Numbered from the whole stretch's first letter, positions 12,175 through 25,114 are shown. The stretch is DNA of 63,613 nucleotides, filler included, from Octopus bimaculoides (GCF_001194135.2; 7 parts of 7 records of this genome joined end to end with filler, not necessarily neighbours in it); one strand, 5' to 3'. A program made the numbers and translations. The notes: generated by a model not told the origin, from the letters alone.

Positions 12175-12610
12175 AGGTGGGGAGATGGCAGAAACGTTAG
12201 CACTCCGGGCGAAATGCTTAGCGGTATTTCATCTGCCGCTTCGTTCTGAGTTCAAATTCCGCCAAGGTCGACTTTGCCTTTCATCCTTTCAAGGTCAATA
12301 AATTAAGTACCAGTTACGCACTGGGGTTGATGTAATCGACTTAATCCCTTTGTCTGTCCTTGCTTGTTCCTTTTATGTTTAGCCCCTTGTGGGCAATAAA
12401 GAAATAAGAAACGTTAACACGCCGGGCAGAATGCTCAGTGGTATTTTGTCTGTTTTTATGTTCTGAGTTCAAAAAGCCGCCAAAGTCGACTTTGCCTTTC
12501 ATCCTTTCAGGGTCAATAAATTAAGTACCAGTTGCATATTGGAGTTGAGCTAATCAACAAGCCCCCTCCCACAAAATTTCGGCCCTTGTGCCTAGAATAG
12601 AAAAGAATAA
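12175..12610 (+). mobile_element. Two tandem SINE family B copies (tRNA head + gcctttcatcctttcggggtcgataaattaagtacc central domain)
   Basis: Matches many other copies in the window; the second copy is 5'-truncated. Confidence 0.85.
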
Positions 12611-12684
12611 ATATTAGGTGTAGGTGTGACTGTGTGGTAAGAAGTGACAATATTGATGATGGTGATGATGATGATGATGATGTG

Positions 12685-12719
<35 letters not shown>

Positions 12720-12803
12720 NNNNNNNNNNAGTAACAAAGTTACCAAGCCTTATAGCAGATCACTGAAATTCAGGTAAACTTTATTTCTGTGCGTGTGTAT
12801 GTT

Positions 12804-12843
<40 letters not shown>

Positions 12844-12945
12844 ACTCTCTTTTTCTTTCACTCTCTCTCTCTCACTCTCTCTTTCTCTCATTCTCTCTCT
12901 CACATGCACACACACACACACACACACACACANNNNNNNNNNGTG

Positions 12946-12988
<43 letters not shown>

Positions 12989-13027
12989 TAGTTACAAGTA
13001 TTAAAATATTCAACATATACATTACAG

Positions 13028-13262
13028 GTTACAACATTTTCATGTGGGATGTGATTACATTCCTCAAGAACATACCAAACTTAAAGAAATCCTTCACAGA
13101 GGAATTGAAAACAGAAAAGCTACTCTTGGGTCAATTCACTGAACTGTATAGGGCTATACCAACAGCATTTGGAGTTCCCTATAACATGACCCTTCTAATC
13201 TCCAATATCTACCATACAAGTAACAAAGTTACCAAGCCTTATAGCAGATCACTGAAATTCAG
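13028..13262 (+). CDS. Exon C of LLTP gene
   Basis: ttacag|GT TAC ... TTC AG|gtaaac, phase 1 to 2. Contains IPTAFGVPYNMTL, similar to the LLTP PT-x-x-G-x-P-x-x-L motif. Confidence 0.85.
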
Positions 13263-13292
13263 GTAAACTTTATTTCTGTGCGTGTGTATGTT

Positions 13293-13332
<40 letters not shown>

Positions 13333-13395
13333 ACTCTCTTTTTCTTTCACTCTCTCTCTCTCACTCTCTCTTTCTCTCATTCTCTCTCTCACATG

Positions 13396-13426
<31 letters not shown>

Positions 13427-13480
13427 TGTGTGTGCATGTGTACATGTGTGTATGTATACCTGTGTGTGATTGTGTGTGCA

Positions 13481-13515
<35 letters not shown>

Positions 13516-13973
13516 GTGTGTGTGTAACAAAGGAACCAGAACAGCTGACTCAAATTTTTGCTACATGCATTTCCATAAGGTGGTCATTTATTCAATTCAA
13601 AAAATTGCATATTATGTAACTTTAATCATTACATGACCATTCCATTTCATCAGGCAATATTAAACTTTTACAAGAAAAGTCGATCGTCATCATCATTATA
13701 TGTCTGTATTCCATGCTAGCATGGTTTGTATGATTCAGCATGATCAGATTAACCAGAAGAGCATATTATACTCCAGTGCCCTCATTAACATTGAGTAGAA
13801 CAAATTTGGCGTCCAGCCAGTGGTCCATCAGCGCTCAATTCTCATTCCTCTCCTGTTTAATATATTCCTTCAAGACATAACTGATGCATAATCATTAGTA
13901 ACATAAATATGATGATGGTGATGATGATAAATATTTCTCTTGTAAATAAATCTGAATTAGTTTTATTTGCTTT

Positions 13974-14139
13974 ATTTACATTGATTACATTGTTTACATT
14001 TGACGGATATTTGTCCTCATCTTGTTTGCTGTAAACACAATGTTTTGGCTGGAGGGCATATCAGCCGAAACGCTGTGTTAACAACAAACTAGATGAGGAC
14101 AAATATCTGTCAACTGTAAATAATGTAAATATTGTAAAT
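13974..14139. repeat. Inverted repeat centred on a hammerhead-like stem II (GGCTG-gagggcatat-CAGCC-GAAAC)
   Basis: 13974-14051 is the reverse complement of 14062-14139, with a 10-nt loop. Confidence 0.85.
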
Positions 14140-14228
14140 AATGTACATAATTCCTCATCTCTTAAATATAGAACTGTAGTTTTATTTGAACGTTTTGTAT
14201 TCAGTTGTTTTAAATATTTGTTTATTAG

Positions 14229-14438
14229 GATGGCTGTAAACTTCCATGCAAGAATTGCTTTGGATCTGCCTGATGAAATCCCAGAAGGCCTAGAGATGCA
14301 AACTGAGATGCAGGTTTATCTTGGTGTTAGCGGACAGAATAAAGTCGCATACAATGAAAAATCAGGAGCTGCTGAACATATCAAGTGGACCATTGAAGTG
14401 GATCGAACTGACAAGGATGTTGTCTTACTAAATATCAA
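14229..14438 (+). CDS. Exon D of LLTP gene
   Basis: tttattag|G ATG GCT ... ATC AA|gttagt, phase 2 to 2, 210 nt open (MAVNFHARIALDLPDE...VVLLNIK). Confidence 0.8.
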
Positions 14439-14499
14439 GTTAGTACAAGTCTTTCATAGTATTACTGTTGGAGATTTTTACTTCTGGTTTTGCCATCAT

Positions 14500-14872
14500 G
14501 CACAGGTGCAGGAGTGGTTGTGGGATAAGAAGTTTGCCTCTCAATGACTGCATAGCATCTTGTGCAAGTGTCTTCTACCATAACCCTGAGCCAACCAAAG
14601 TCTTGTGAGTGTATTTGATTGACGGAAACTGAAAGGAGCCTGTCATGTGTGCATATGTTTGTGTGTTTGTGTTTGTGTGTGTTTGTCTCCTGCCACTGCT
14701 TGACAATAGGTGTTGGCTTATTACACCCCCATAACTTAGCAGTTTTGGCAAAAGAGAACGATAGATTAAGTCCCAGACTTAAAAAAGGTAAAAGTACTGG
14801 GGTCAGTTTGTTTGACCCCTTCAAGTTGGTGTCCTTGCATGGCTGCAATCCAATGACTGAGACAAGTAAGTG
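14500..14872 (+). mobile_element. SINE family A, old copy
   Basis: Homology to 3131-3527 with many CG to TG/CA changes. Confidence 0.75.
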
Positions 14873-14912
14873 ATAAAATTGATGTTACAACCATAAGCTC
14901 ACATACATGTGG

Positions 14913-15015
<103 letters not shown>

Positions 15016-15120
15016 TGATGCTGCAATCATTATTGTTCCTCCAAATTAGCAAACTAAATAAAAAGATCACCAAAGCATCTTATTCACCAACACCTCTTGC
15101 TTTTGTCATTAATCATCAAT

Positions 15121-15292
15121 AGGCACAGGAGTGGCTGTGTGGTAAGTAGCTTGCTTACCAACCACATAGTTCCGGGTTCAGTCCCAGTGCGTGGCACCTT
15201 GGGCAAGTGTCTTCTACTATAGACTCGGGCCGACCAAAGACTTGTCAGTGGATTTGGTAGATGGAAACTGAAAGAAGCCCGTTGTATATATG

Positions 15293-15340
<48 letters not shown>

Positions 15341-15562
15341 TGTGTGTGTGCTTGTGTGTCTGTGTTTGTCCCCCTAGCATTGCTTGACAACCGATGCTGG
15401 TGTGCTTATGTCCCCGTCACTTAGCGGTTCGGCAAAAGAGACCGATAGAATAAGTACTAGGCTTACAAAGAATAAGTCCTGGGGTCGATTTGCTCGACTA
15501 AAGGCGGTGCTCCAGCATGGTCACAGTCAAATGACTGAAACGAGTAAAGGAGTAAAAGAGTA
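15121..15562 (+). mobile_element. SINE family A, young copy
   Basis: Near-identical to 3131-3527. Confidence 0.9.
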
Positions 15563-15709
15563 ATAGCAATCAATTCACATGACATATTCTTCAAAATTGA
15601 TGAACTGGTCCTAGATACATTATGTATAAATAATTATAGCAACTATGATGTCTTTGTTCACAATCTCATGGCTTTTAAGTACTCTGTCTTTATTTTTTTT
15701 TACCTCAAG

Positions 15710-15940
15710 GCACCGTTTATATCTTGTAAGAGGGGATCTAGTCCATGTGTCAGCCGATAAATCTTCGAAGATCAACAAACAACGACTGAGTTGGTGCTTT
15801 ACTCCGCTGGTCAGTATTCTGTTTCGTGTGAAGGCTTGCTTCCAGTTGTCTAAACCAGATGTGCTGACTTCTCACGACCATGCCTATACACCTCTGAATG
15901 GAGACATTGATGTATCTCTCACATTGAAACCAATGGACAA
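15710..15940 (+). CDS. Exon E of LLTP gene
   Basis: Polypyrimidine tract then ctcaag|G CAC ... GAC AA|gtaagg, phase 2 to 2. WCFTPLVSILFRVKACFQLSKPD...YTPLNGDIDVSLTLKP has the paired Cys and PL-x-G pattern seen in LLTPs. Confidence 0.85.
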
Positions 15941-15980
15941 GTAAGGATGTTTCTCAAAGCTTCTCATGTTTGCTTGTGTA

Positions 15981-16026
<46 letters not shown>

Positions 16027-16065
16027 CATGTGTGCATGTCAGCACCTGTGTGTTGTATGATCAGA

Positions 16066-16305
16066 CTAGACCAAACTAGACAAAACTGGACCAAACCAGA
16101 TTTGAGTTGATTTTACTGGACAAGACCTAATCACTTGAAACCAGACTAAACAAGACCAAACTAGACCAAGCAGACAAACCACAGACCAAATCAAACCAGA
16201 TTAGAACAGACCTAACCAGACCAAGCCAGGTCAGACCAGATCAGACTAGATCAAATCAGACCAGACTAGACCAGACCAGACAAGACCAGGCCAAACTAAA
16301 CCCAA
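16066..16305. repeat. Degenerate pentanucleotide repeat (AGACC/AAACC/AGACT)
   Basis: Clear 5-nt periodicity. Confidence 0.85.
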
Positions 16306-16732
16306 ATACTATGAAAATGCTTAAAACACAAAATAACACTAACTCCACTGATGATTTCTTGAGTATTTCCCCAAACTTTTATGATTATGATTCTACCTAA
16401 ATCTGTTCACCAGTTCCTACAAGAATATAGATCTCAGATTCTTGACTTCTGTGAGACACAGAACTTTTACCACTCATATTTAAGCCATCACTGATCTGTG
16501 ATATCTGTGTATATGTTAACTCCACACTCTCTCTCCTTAGCTCACTCACTACTACTAATGTCGCTACACTGAAAAAATATTAAACCATATTTATGGGATA
16601 CAAAATTAACATGAGTGTTGTTTTTAAAACTTTGGAAGAGGAATATTTGAATCTTAATGTGTATATGTATACAATATTTTCCTATTGAAATTAAGATGCC
16701 ATAATGAAGCTATGTCTAATCATCTTTTCAAG

Positions 16733-16827
16733 AAAAATTGAAAAAGTTCAGATGGAGATTGAGAAAGAAGTTACAAGTTCATCTAAGCCAGAAAGTATTT
16801 TAAGCATTAAGACTGCTGTATTATCAG
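16733..16827 (+). CDS. Exon F of LLTP gene
   Basis: cttttcaag|A AAA ATT ... TCA G|gtgagg, phase 2 to 1, 95 nt. Bridges the phases of exons E and G exactly. Confidence 0.75.
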
Positions 16828-16879
16828 GTGAGGCATAATTTGCTTATATATTGGTGTTATCAGTATCATTATTTTAAGC

Positions 16880-17105
16880 AGTGAGCTGGAAGAATTGTTA
16901 GTATGGTGGACGAAATGCTTAGCGGTATTTTGCCCATTACTACATTCTGAGTTCAAATTCTCCTGAAGCTGATTTTGCCTTTCATTCTTTCGGGGTCGAT
17001 AAATTAAGTACCAGTGTAACACTAAGGGTCAATGTAATAGACTAGTACCCCCCACCCCCACACACTCAAAATTTCAGGCCTTGTGCCTTGAGTAGAAAGG
17101 ATTAT
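16880..17105 (+). mobile_element. SINE family B
   Basis: Family B head and central domain. Confidence 0.75.
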
Positions 17106-17274
17106 TAATATTGTGCTTAAAATATTTCTGAGGTTTTTTTTCATTTGACATTTTGAACCTGAAGATGACAGACAATCTGTTGAAATAGTATTCAAACCAT
17201 TAAATAAACAATCTCTATTACAAATTGCATTGCGCTCTATTTACCTTCATGAAGAGTTCCATCTATCTTTATAA

Positions 17275-17309
<35 letters not shown>

Positions 17310-17399
17310 CATCATTATTATTATTACTATTCCTTCATAACATAGTGTAGGTAAAAATGCACTGGAGTCTTTAGTTATCTGTCAAGCCACAACAAGGAC

Positions 17400-18370
17400 C
17401 TCAGACAGATAATACTTTCCTTAAAATGTGCGTTGTGCCCAATAAGGCTGCTTTTTGCAAGACATCAATCTTGCATGGGATTTCCAGTTGCCTTAAGAAG
17501 TTTTGAAGTTTCAATGGGATTGAGCCCAACACTCCGATCACCACTGGTATCACTTTTACATTACCCTATCGCATTCAATACAGTCTTGCCATTTCCACTT
17601 TTAATTTGGAGTACTTGGTGATTTTTTTCAACTTCTTTACTCACAACATTCATGTCATTTGGTATGACTACGTGTCTCTCTTATTCAATATGACAATATG
17701 CAGCCAACGGTGTTTGATTACACATTCCATCTGAAAATCTTAGTCCCAGAGTATCATTACTTTTCCATCCTCCTGCATAGCTTTACTTGGCCCATGCTCA
17801 TACCAGTTCTCTGTTACTTCATACTGGTATTTACAGCATAAGAGCCAATGAAGATACACATACACTTTATCATGATGGCACTTGTATTCTTTTTGCACGA
17901 GGCTCTCACATCCACTTACCAAGTGGGTCACATTTTCCACACTCTTTCCACAGCGTCTGCATTTCTGGGTGTCAGAAGTTGTATAGATATTATACTTCAC
18001 TGAATTGGTAGCGAGAGTCTGGTCTTGTGCAGCAATGATCAGGCTTTTTGTGGTACGCTTCAAATCACCTCACTCAAGCCATGCCCACGATGCTGTATTA
18101 TCCTTAAGGTCTTGTAAATTCCTTTCAAACTGTCTATGCATTCTCATTTCAAGAAGATCTTCTTTTCTCTTCTCAGTTCTTTGGTGAAACTCTTCCTTGC
18201 CTGTCATTTTATCTGTATTTACACCCACATCTTTCACGGCATATTGCAGCAGGTCTTCATCACTATTTATCAATTACTCGGCAAGAGTTCACCTTTCACT
18301 CCTTATACAACGGTCTATACTAATTCTTTGCATATACAGTCTGTTTACATTTGCTTTAGGGTGTAGCACC
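17400..18370 (-). mobile_element. R4/Dong-like (RLE-type) non-LTR retrotransposon 3' remnant
   Basis: AAQDQTL, CCHC knuckle KCRRCGKSVENVTHLVSGC, HDKV..LHW, ILWD, and terminal QKAALLGTTHILRKVLSV*. Confidence 0.85.
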
Positions 18371-18694
18371 CCATACAGTGTCACCAACTTTCTCATCCTT
18401 CTATCCAGTGTTGATATTTCCTCCTTAGTCCGTTATTATCATTATTATAACCAGCACCACCAATGTGAAAACATTGATGAATGTGATAAAAATGTTTAGA
18501 GTGAATGGCTCTGCTCAGAATATGTGCCTGTAAATGGGTGATCATGAAAAGGACTCATCCTCTTATGAAGAGGAATAATCCTGAATCTGTGGGGGTTCCT
18601 TGATTGCTCCTAGCTGTGCTTCTAGTTGGAGTTTCTCCTGAATCAGGGGGATGAGATCATTCATGTTGTCACATTTTTTGTATACTATTCTTTA

Positions 18695-19082
18695 TTCTTT
18701 TACTTGTGTCCGTCATTTGACTGTGGCCATGCTGAAGCACCACCTTTAGTTGAACAAATTGACACCAGGAATTATTCTTTGTAAGCCTAGTACTTATTCT
18801 ATCGGTCTCTTTTGCCAAACCGCTAATGCTAGGGGAATGTAAACACACCAACATCGGTTGTAAAGCGATGGTTGGGGGACAAACACAGATACACACACAC
18901 AAATACACACACACATATAATGGGCTTCTTTCAGTTTCCATCTATCAAATCCACCCACAAGACTTTGGTCGGCCCAAGGCTATAGTGGAAGACACCTGCC
19001 CAAGATGCAACATAGTGGGACTGAACCTGAAACCATGTGATTGTGAAGCAAGCTTTTGACCACACAAACACTCATGTGCCTG
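18695..19082 (-). mobile_element. SINE family A
   Basis: Reverse complement of family A. Confidence 0.8.
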
Positions 19083-19289
19083 TATACTTTTATTACATTT
19101 CACTGCCTTTTCCATTTCTTTCTCTCCATCCTTTAAGTAAATCCCCTCACAAATTGTAGTCTTTCCTCATGATATCCTTTCCATCTATGCCCCTGAAGCT
19201 AAGAAAAGAAATTATTATAGAAACAAAACTCAGGTTTGGTCTTATTCCTGGTAGGATTTACGTGGGTAGTAGATTACTACCTGTAACCT

Positions 19290-19960
19290 TAGGTATCCAC
19301 ACGTTTTTTGGCAGGCTTTCAAGTGCTTAGAACCCTCCTAATAATCCTTGCTGTTCCTAAGAAGCAAACTATCTGTAGGAGCTCCACAGGGCATTCTATT
19401 TCAATTGCCTTCAGCCATTTGTCTACATCTTAATTCTTTATTGCCCACAAGGGGCTAAACATAGAGGGGACAAACAAGGTCAGACAAAGGGATTAAGTCG
19501 ATTACATCGACCCCAGTGCATAACTGGTACTTAATTTATCGAACCCGAAAGGATGAAAGGCAAAGTCAACCTCGGTGGAATTTGAACTCAGAGCGTAACG
19601 GCAGACGAAATACCACTAAGCATTTTGCCCGGTGTGGTAACGTTTCTGCCAGCTCACAGCCTTTGTCTACATCTTGGCTTACTGTGGTCTACATTTGTCT
19701 ACATCCTGGCTTACTGTTCCCAACGAACTGATCATTAGAAGCACAACCTTTACCGTTTGCATGCTGCAAATTCTTTCTATTTCAAATTTTAAAGGATTGT
19801 ATATTTTTTGTTTTTCTTCCTCTTTCTTTATGATCCTGGAATCAAATGGGTGTGATGGGTTGATAAGTAAGCAACTTTGCTTTTCTTTATCTATGATTGT
19901 AATACCTGCTCTATTATTTTCTGACTTCTTGTCCATTTGAAGAGGAAAGTCCCACAAAAA
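19290..19960 (-). mobile_element. Second R4/Dong-like RLE fragment, interrupted by a SINE
   Basis: FLWDFPLQMDKK..ITIIDKEKQSCLLI..PFDSRIIKKEEEK..Y..LKFEI, then VDKWL..CFLGTARIIRRVLST*. Confidence 0.8.
19432..19661 (-). mobile_element. SINE family B with a 14-bp target-site duplication
   Basis: TTTGTCTACATCTT at 19418-19431 and 19662-19675. Confidence 0.9.
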
Positions 19961-20004
19961 GTTAATATTATTATTATGATTATTATTATTGTTGCTGTTG
20001 TTAA

Positions 20005-20205
20005 GGCATTGAGCTGGCAGAATTGTTGGCACACTAGACGAAATCATCATCATCGCTGTGTTCTGAGTTCAAATTCCACCAAGGTTGACTTTACCTTTCA
20101 TCCTTTCAGAGTTGATAAATTAAGTACCAGTTGAGTACTGGGGTCGATGTAATCAACTATCCCCCACCCCACCAAATTCAGGCCTTGTGCCTATAATAGA
20201 AAGGA
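20005..20205 (+). mobile_element. SINE family B (additional decayed copies at ~21640-21845 and ~23750-24070)
   Basis: Central-domain match. Confidence 0.7.
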
Positions 20206-20243
20206 TTATCATTATTGTTGTTATTATTTTTATTTTTATTCAG

Positions 20244-20452
20244 ACTCATCAACCTATGATAAAGTTTCAATTAATGTGAGAAAAAGCTTAGACGGTGACA
20301 AGCTTTCAGTGACCACCAGGTTCCCAGATATGCAGGATATATCCTTCAACTTAGAGCTTAATAAACACAGGACAAAGCAAATTCATAAAGTAAACTTTGA
20401 CATGACACTCACTGTTCTCCGAATAAAAGAAATATTAGGAATTCACTTCAAA
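20244..20452 (+). CDS. Exon G of LLTP gene
   Basis: tttattcag|AC TCA ... TTC AAA|gtaagt, phase 1 to 0, open. Alternating hydrophobic, beta-strand-like sequence. Confidence 0.8.
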
Positions 20453-22328
20453 GTAAGTTGTAAAATATAATGATTTCCTGTGTTAAGACCAAATTTCTGT
20501 GCATGTGTATGTGAGGTTAGGCTTTGTTCATTACATAAAACTACTCCAAATGTATTACTCATACTTAGCTTACCCAAGAAGACCTGCCCACCACAACAGA
20601 ATTGAAATCCTGAAACTGAGGTTCTGTATAAAAAGCATTGGTGTGGATGCAGGTGCCATGTAAAAAGCACTGGTGATGGCGTCACATAAAAAGCACCTAG
20701 TACACTCTGTAAAGGGATTGGTGTTAGGAAGGGCATCCAGCTATAAAAACCAAGCCAAAACAGACTATGTAACTTGGTATGGTCCCTGATCTTGTCAGTT
20801 CCTGTCAAGCCATCCAACCCATGCTAGCATGAAAAAATGGACGTTAAATATAGATAATGATGATGATGTCAACCCTCAATTAATGAGAGGCTAAGTGAAG
20901 GCACATTGTCTAGTGGTTAGGGTGTTGCCCTGGTGACCCATTCAAGAGATCTTGGTTACTTATACATCATGGAAGCCACATTCACCAAAGTCCTTTTTAA
21001 ATGAAGTAAATTTATCAAAGATACAATAAGATCCTGTACAAAGGCACAATATCTTAATTATGGATAGAAGTTAGGTTTAACTGGATTGAGTGATGTGTCT
21101 TACTTTAGGTTCATAACCAACAATAAAGTTGAAACTTTAAATCAGTGAAACCACAACTGTTACTAGCCAGCCATAATTATTTCCAGTGAGTCATGTTATG
21201 TTGTACATGACTCTATGGATGATTCTGCAAGACAAACTAGTGTGAACCACATCCTACATCTGTGGATGGAACAACATTCTTGCTAAATGGAGAGTTACTA
21301 GTTTTGGGAACTGGATGGTAGATATAGCCATAATAGCTATGAGATGTACCTGGGAAAATGTAAGTGGAAAAGGAACAAAGAATGATAACAGGTAATAAGA
21401 TGAAAAGCACTAGGTATATTTTGCTTGATGTGAATCCAAAAGTAAGAGGTTTTATCTTCTACTTGTTCCAATCATTGGATTGTGGCCATGCTGAAGCATC
21501 ACCTTGATGTAAAGCATTTTTGATGCTGCCAAATGTTTTGAAAAATGCTACTGTCCTTGGGTGGGTTCAAACCACCAACTCTCTGGTTAATAACCAAATG
21601 TATTAACCAATTGTACTGCCAATATTACTTGATTAAGGAAGGCAGCAACCTGGCAGAAAACCATTAGCAAAATGCTTAATAGCATTTCATTCATCCTTAC
21701 ATTCTGTGTTCAAATTGTGCCAAGGTTGACCTTGCCATTCATCTTTTTGAATAAAATAAGCATCAAGTAATTGCTGGAGGTCAATGTAATCGACTTGCCC
21801 CCTCCCCTGAAATTGCTGGCCTTGTGACAAAATTTGAAATCAGCATTACATGATTAGGGATGTGGTGAGTTTTCCAAATTGTGAAGCAGTATGTCAGTGT
21901 TAATGAGAACATTGTTGATAAAAGTGTTTATGTAGTTGGTAGTGGCATTACTGTAAAGAAAGAAGTAATTAACAGACTCCATTATCCAGGTGACCTAATC
22001 AGGAGTGGAGGTGGATGTTGTGAAAGAATAGTTTCTCAGAGTTAAGAACAGAGTTTCAATGGGCATTAGAAGAGTCCAGCACTGTGTCAATAGGTAAGAC
22101 TATGCTGACCAGGATGCATGAGATGCATATGAAGAATAAAAGTTGGGGGGAGAAGGATTGGGTGAAAGACATGACAAAGAAATGCAATTAGTGGTTGGAT
22201 GTTGTATTGAGGTACACTCATCAAGCACATAGCAGTAAGGAAAAATGAATGTAAAATGATAATAATTTTGGTGATGATGATTCTAATTCTAATTTACACC
22301 TTTTTCTTATTTTCTTGCTTCTTTACAG

Positions 22329-22459
22329 GGAATAAATTCTAACAATAAAATGTTTGCCAATCTTAGACTCAGTTTATTGGAAGCCATTTCTGAAACCACC
22401 TTTGAATTTTCTGAAGTTAATGCAAAAACTGTTTGGCTTTTCAACACAAAATACCATTG
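22329..22459 (+). CDS. Exon H of LLTP gene
   Basis: ctttacag|GGA ATA ... CAT TG|gtttgt, phase 0 to 2, open (GINSNNKMFANLRLSLLEAISETTFEF...). Confidence 0.7.
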
Positions 22460-24355
22460 GTTTGTATCGTTTTACTTATTTACAAAACCTTGTTTTATTC
22501 ATTATGGGTATTGAATTTATGATCTTTGGGCTCAAGTTGCATGTTCAACTCTTGTAAATTGAATCTAAAATGTGGAAATATTTCACTTATATTTGAACAT
22601 GCTTGGTTGATAAATCCTGTTGACTGCTAAACAATGACAAACAATGTTGATTGATGAATATTCTTGACTGATGAATAGTGGTGGTTGATGAATACTATTG
22701 ACTGAAGGACACAGTTGACTAATGAATACTGCTGTTTAGTAAACATTGTTGAATGATGAATACTGTTCATTGATGAACAATTCAGTAGTGAACAGTTTTG
22801 ACTGATGTAAATTATTGATTGGGTAAACAAAAACAACAGTTGAATACTGTTGATTAGTATTGGTACTTGGATGTTGAATGTCTCCCGAGATAATTAACAA
22901 CCAAGTATCAAAGCTTATGATGTGCAGAAAGAGACCCTGTGAGAACTCTGACAGCAGACTGCCGTCCTCTCTCACAGAATCTACCAGAACAAGCAAAACT
23001 GAGCGTTCTGAGAAGCAAAACCATAATAACAATAATAACAATGACGACGCTGATGACGATGCCACCGCTGCTGCCGCTGACGACTGTATATATACCTGGC
23101 ACTGGCTCCCGTGGTTTCTGATCTTAACCGATTGGAAGTGTTATCATGAACATGATTTTTTTGTCTTGGAATAAAAAATGGGCAACAGCAAATATTCTGC
23201 TCAGTATCACAGATTTGCATGTCAGTTGTTTGACCTTAACCAGTTGAGCATGCTCCTTAGTGGCTAACAATATGTGCATCTCTGACCATGAACAGGAGTA
23301 GTTAGGAAGCATCACAGACATGAGTTGAGAGGAATTCTTTGGGGTTTGAAATTATTCACCTCTGAAAACATGGGCGTTTCATTCAACATCCTTAAACAAC
23401 CCTTATTCAGGGACCTTTTCAGTGGGATGGGCTACTCAACCTAAAGAAAAGTCTAACTAGACCCCCACCTGCAAGGTCATGCACTGTTTATCTTGATATA
23501 AGATCACCATGTCACACACATATGGTTGTGATGCATGTGCTCGGTGTACCCTTATCAGACGGGTAGTCATGATGGGTATACTGGGCTTCATATATTTGTA
23601 CCTCAGTGTTACTTTGATGGCATGCACTGCTCTCCCACTCAATAATAATAATAATGATATCAAAATCGATGAAATATGTAATTGAGTATCCCTCTCCCCC
23701 ATAATTTCAGACATTGCGCTTGTATTTGAAAAGATGATTATTATTAAAGTGGCAAACTGGTAGAATTATTTGCATGCTGGGTGAAAGGCTTAGTGGCACT
23801 GCATCTGAGTTCAAATTCTGCCGGGGTCGACTTTGCCTTTCATTCGTTTGAGGTCAATAACATAAGTACTAATCAAGCACTGGGGTCAGTGTAATTGACT
23901 AACCCCTTTTCCCAAAATTTCAAGCTTTGTGCCTATAATAGAAAGGATTATTATTAATAAGGCATTGAGCTGGTAGAATAGTTAGCACGAGCAAGAAAAT
24001 GCTTAGCAATATATCATCCCTCTTTACATTCTGAGTCCAGATTCTATCAAGGTTACCCTTGACTTTCGTCTGTTTATCTATTTGCTTATCTATTCATTTT
24101 AAAGAATTCTATTTCTATATCTTTTGCTAATCCTTATTGTTTCATTAATTAATTAATTAACCAACTAACTAAGAAGGTGGGAAATGATAAGCTACCAAAT
24201 TAAGTATCATATGCTGCTCTATGTTCAGTTTTCGAATTCTAAAGTGGGTGATCCACAAAAAAAATTTTATCAATCAAATACCAGAGTTAATCCAGTCAAG
24301 TTACAATTCAAATCCTAAAATTTGTAACCTTATGATATTATTAGAAGTCATTATT

Positions 24356-24800
24356 CTTTTCTTTTCTAGACACATAGCCCAAAATTTTTGGGGAGGGGGC
24401 CAGTCAATTAGATCAACCCCAATACACAACTGGTACTTAATTTATCAACCTCGAAAGAACGAAAGGCAAAGTTGACCTCAGCGGAATTTGAAATCAGAAC
24501 ATAAAGACAGATGAAATACCGCTAAGCATTTCGCCCAGCATGCTAACATTTCTGCCAGCTCACCACCTTAAGAAATGTAATATATTCTTTTCTACTCTAG
24601 GCACAAGGTCCAAAATTTTTGGGGAGGGGGCCAGTTGATTTGATCAATCCCAATATGCAACTAGCACTTAATTTATCGAGCCTGCAAGGATGAAAGGCAA
24701 AGTTGACCTCAGTGGAATTTGAACTCAGAACGTAAGACAGATGAAATACTGCTAAACATTTTGCCCTGCATGCTAACGTTTCTGCCTGCTCACCGCCTTA
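24356..24800 (-). mobile_element. SINE family B dimer bounded by one 17-bp direct repeat
   Basis: TATTAGAAGTCATTATT at 24339-24355 and 24801-24817. Confidence 0.8.
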
Positions 24801-24887
24801 TATTAGAAGTCATTATTATTTATTAACTTATACGATTTTTTTGTCAAAACTCTTCTTATTTTTCTTTCTTTTTTTCTGTTTCAATAG

Positions 24888-25045
24888 CCCTCCCACTTAT
24901 CCCATTTTGTATCAGTTACACATTGACCCAGTAAAAGCTGGCAAGGAAAATGATGTTACCCATGTGAAGTTCCTTATGGAGAGAATTAGAAAAAAAACTA
25001 ACAATAAATGGATGGCTGACAGAAAATTAAAGTTTCATTATCCTG
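24888..25045 (+). CDS. Exon I of LLTP gene (last visible; ends in a donor, so the gene continues)
   Basis: tttcaatag|C CCT ... CCT G|gtaagt, phase 2 to 1, open (PPTYPILYQLHIDP...LKFHYP). Confidence 0.8.
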
Positions 25046-25114
25046 GTAAGTAAAATTACATGGATTTAGCAAGTATTCTGAGAGATAAGGATGGTACTAT
25101 ACAGTACTTCCAAT

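Noticed and set aside
12730-12932. Apparent duplicate of the 3' end of exon C plus donor (alternative exon?)
   Set aside because: Identical to 13219-13422 and bounded by short N runs; a misplaced contig end.
17164-17275. Phase-compatible open frame DDRQSVEIVFKPL... after an AG
   Set aside because: Runs into TAA without a credible donor; exon F joins exon G directly in frame.
22878-23174. 98-aa ORF MSPEIINNQV...
   Set aside because: Low-complexity trinucleotide tract, no splice or phase fit, no recognisable domain.
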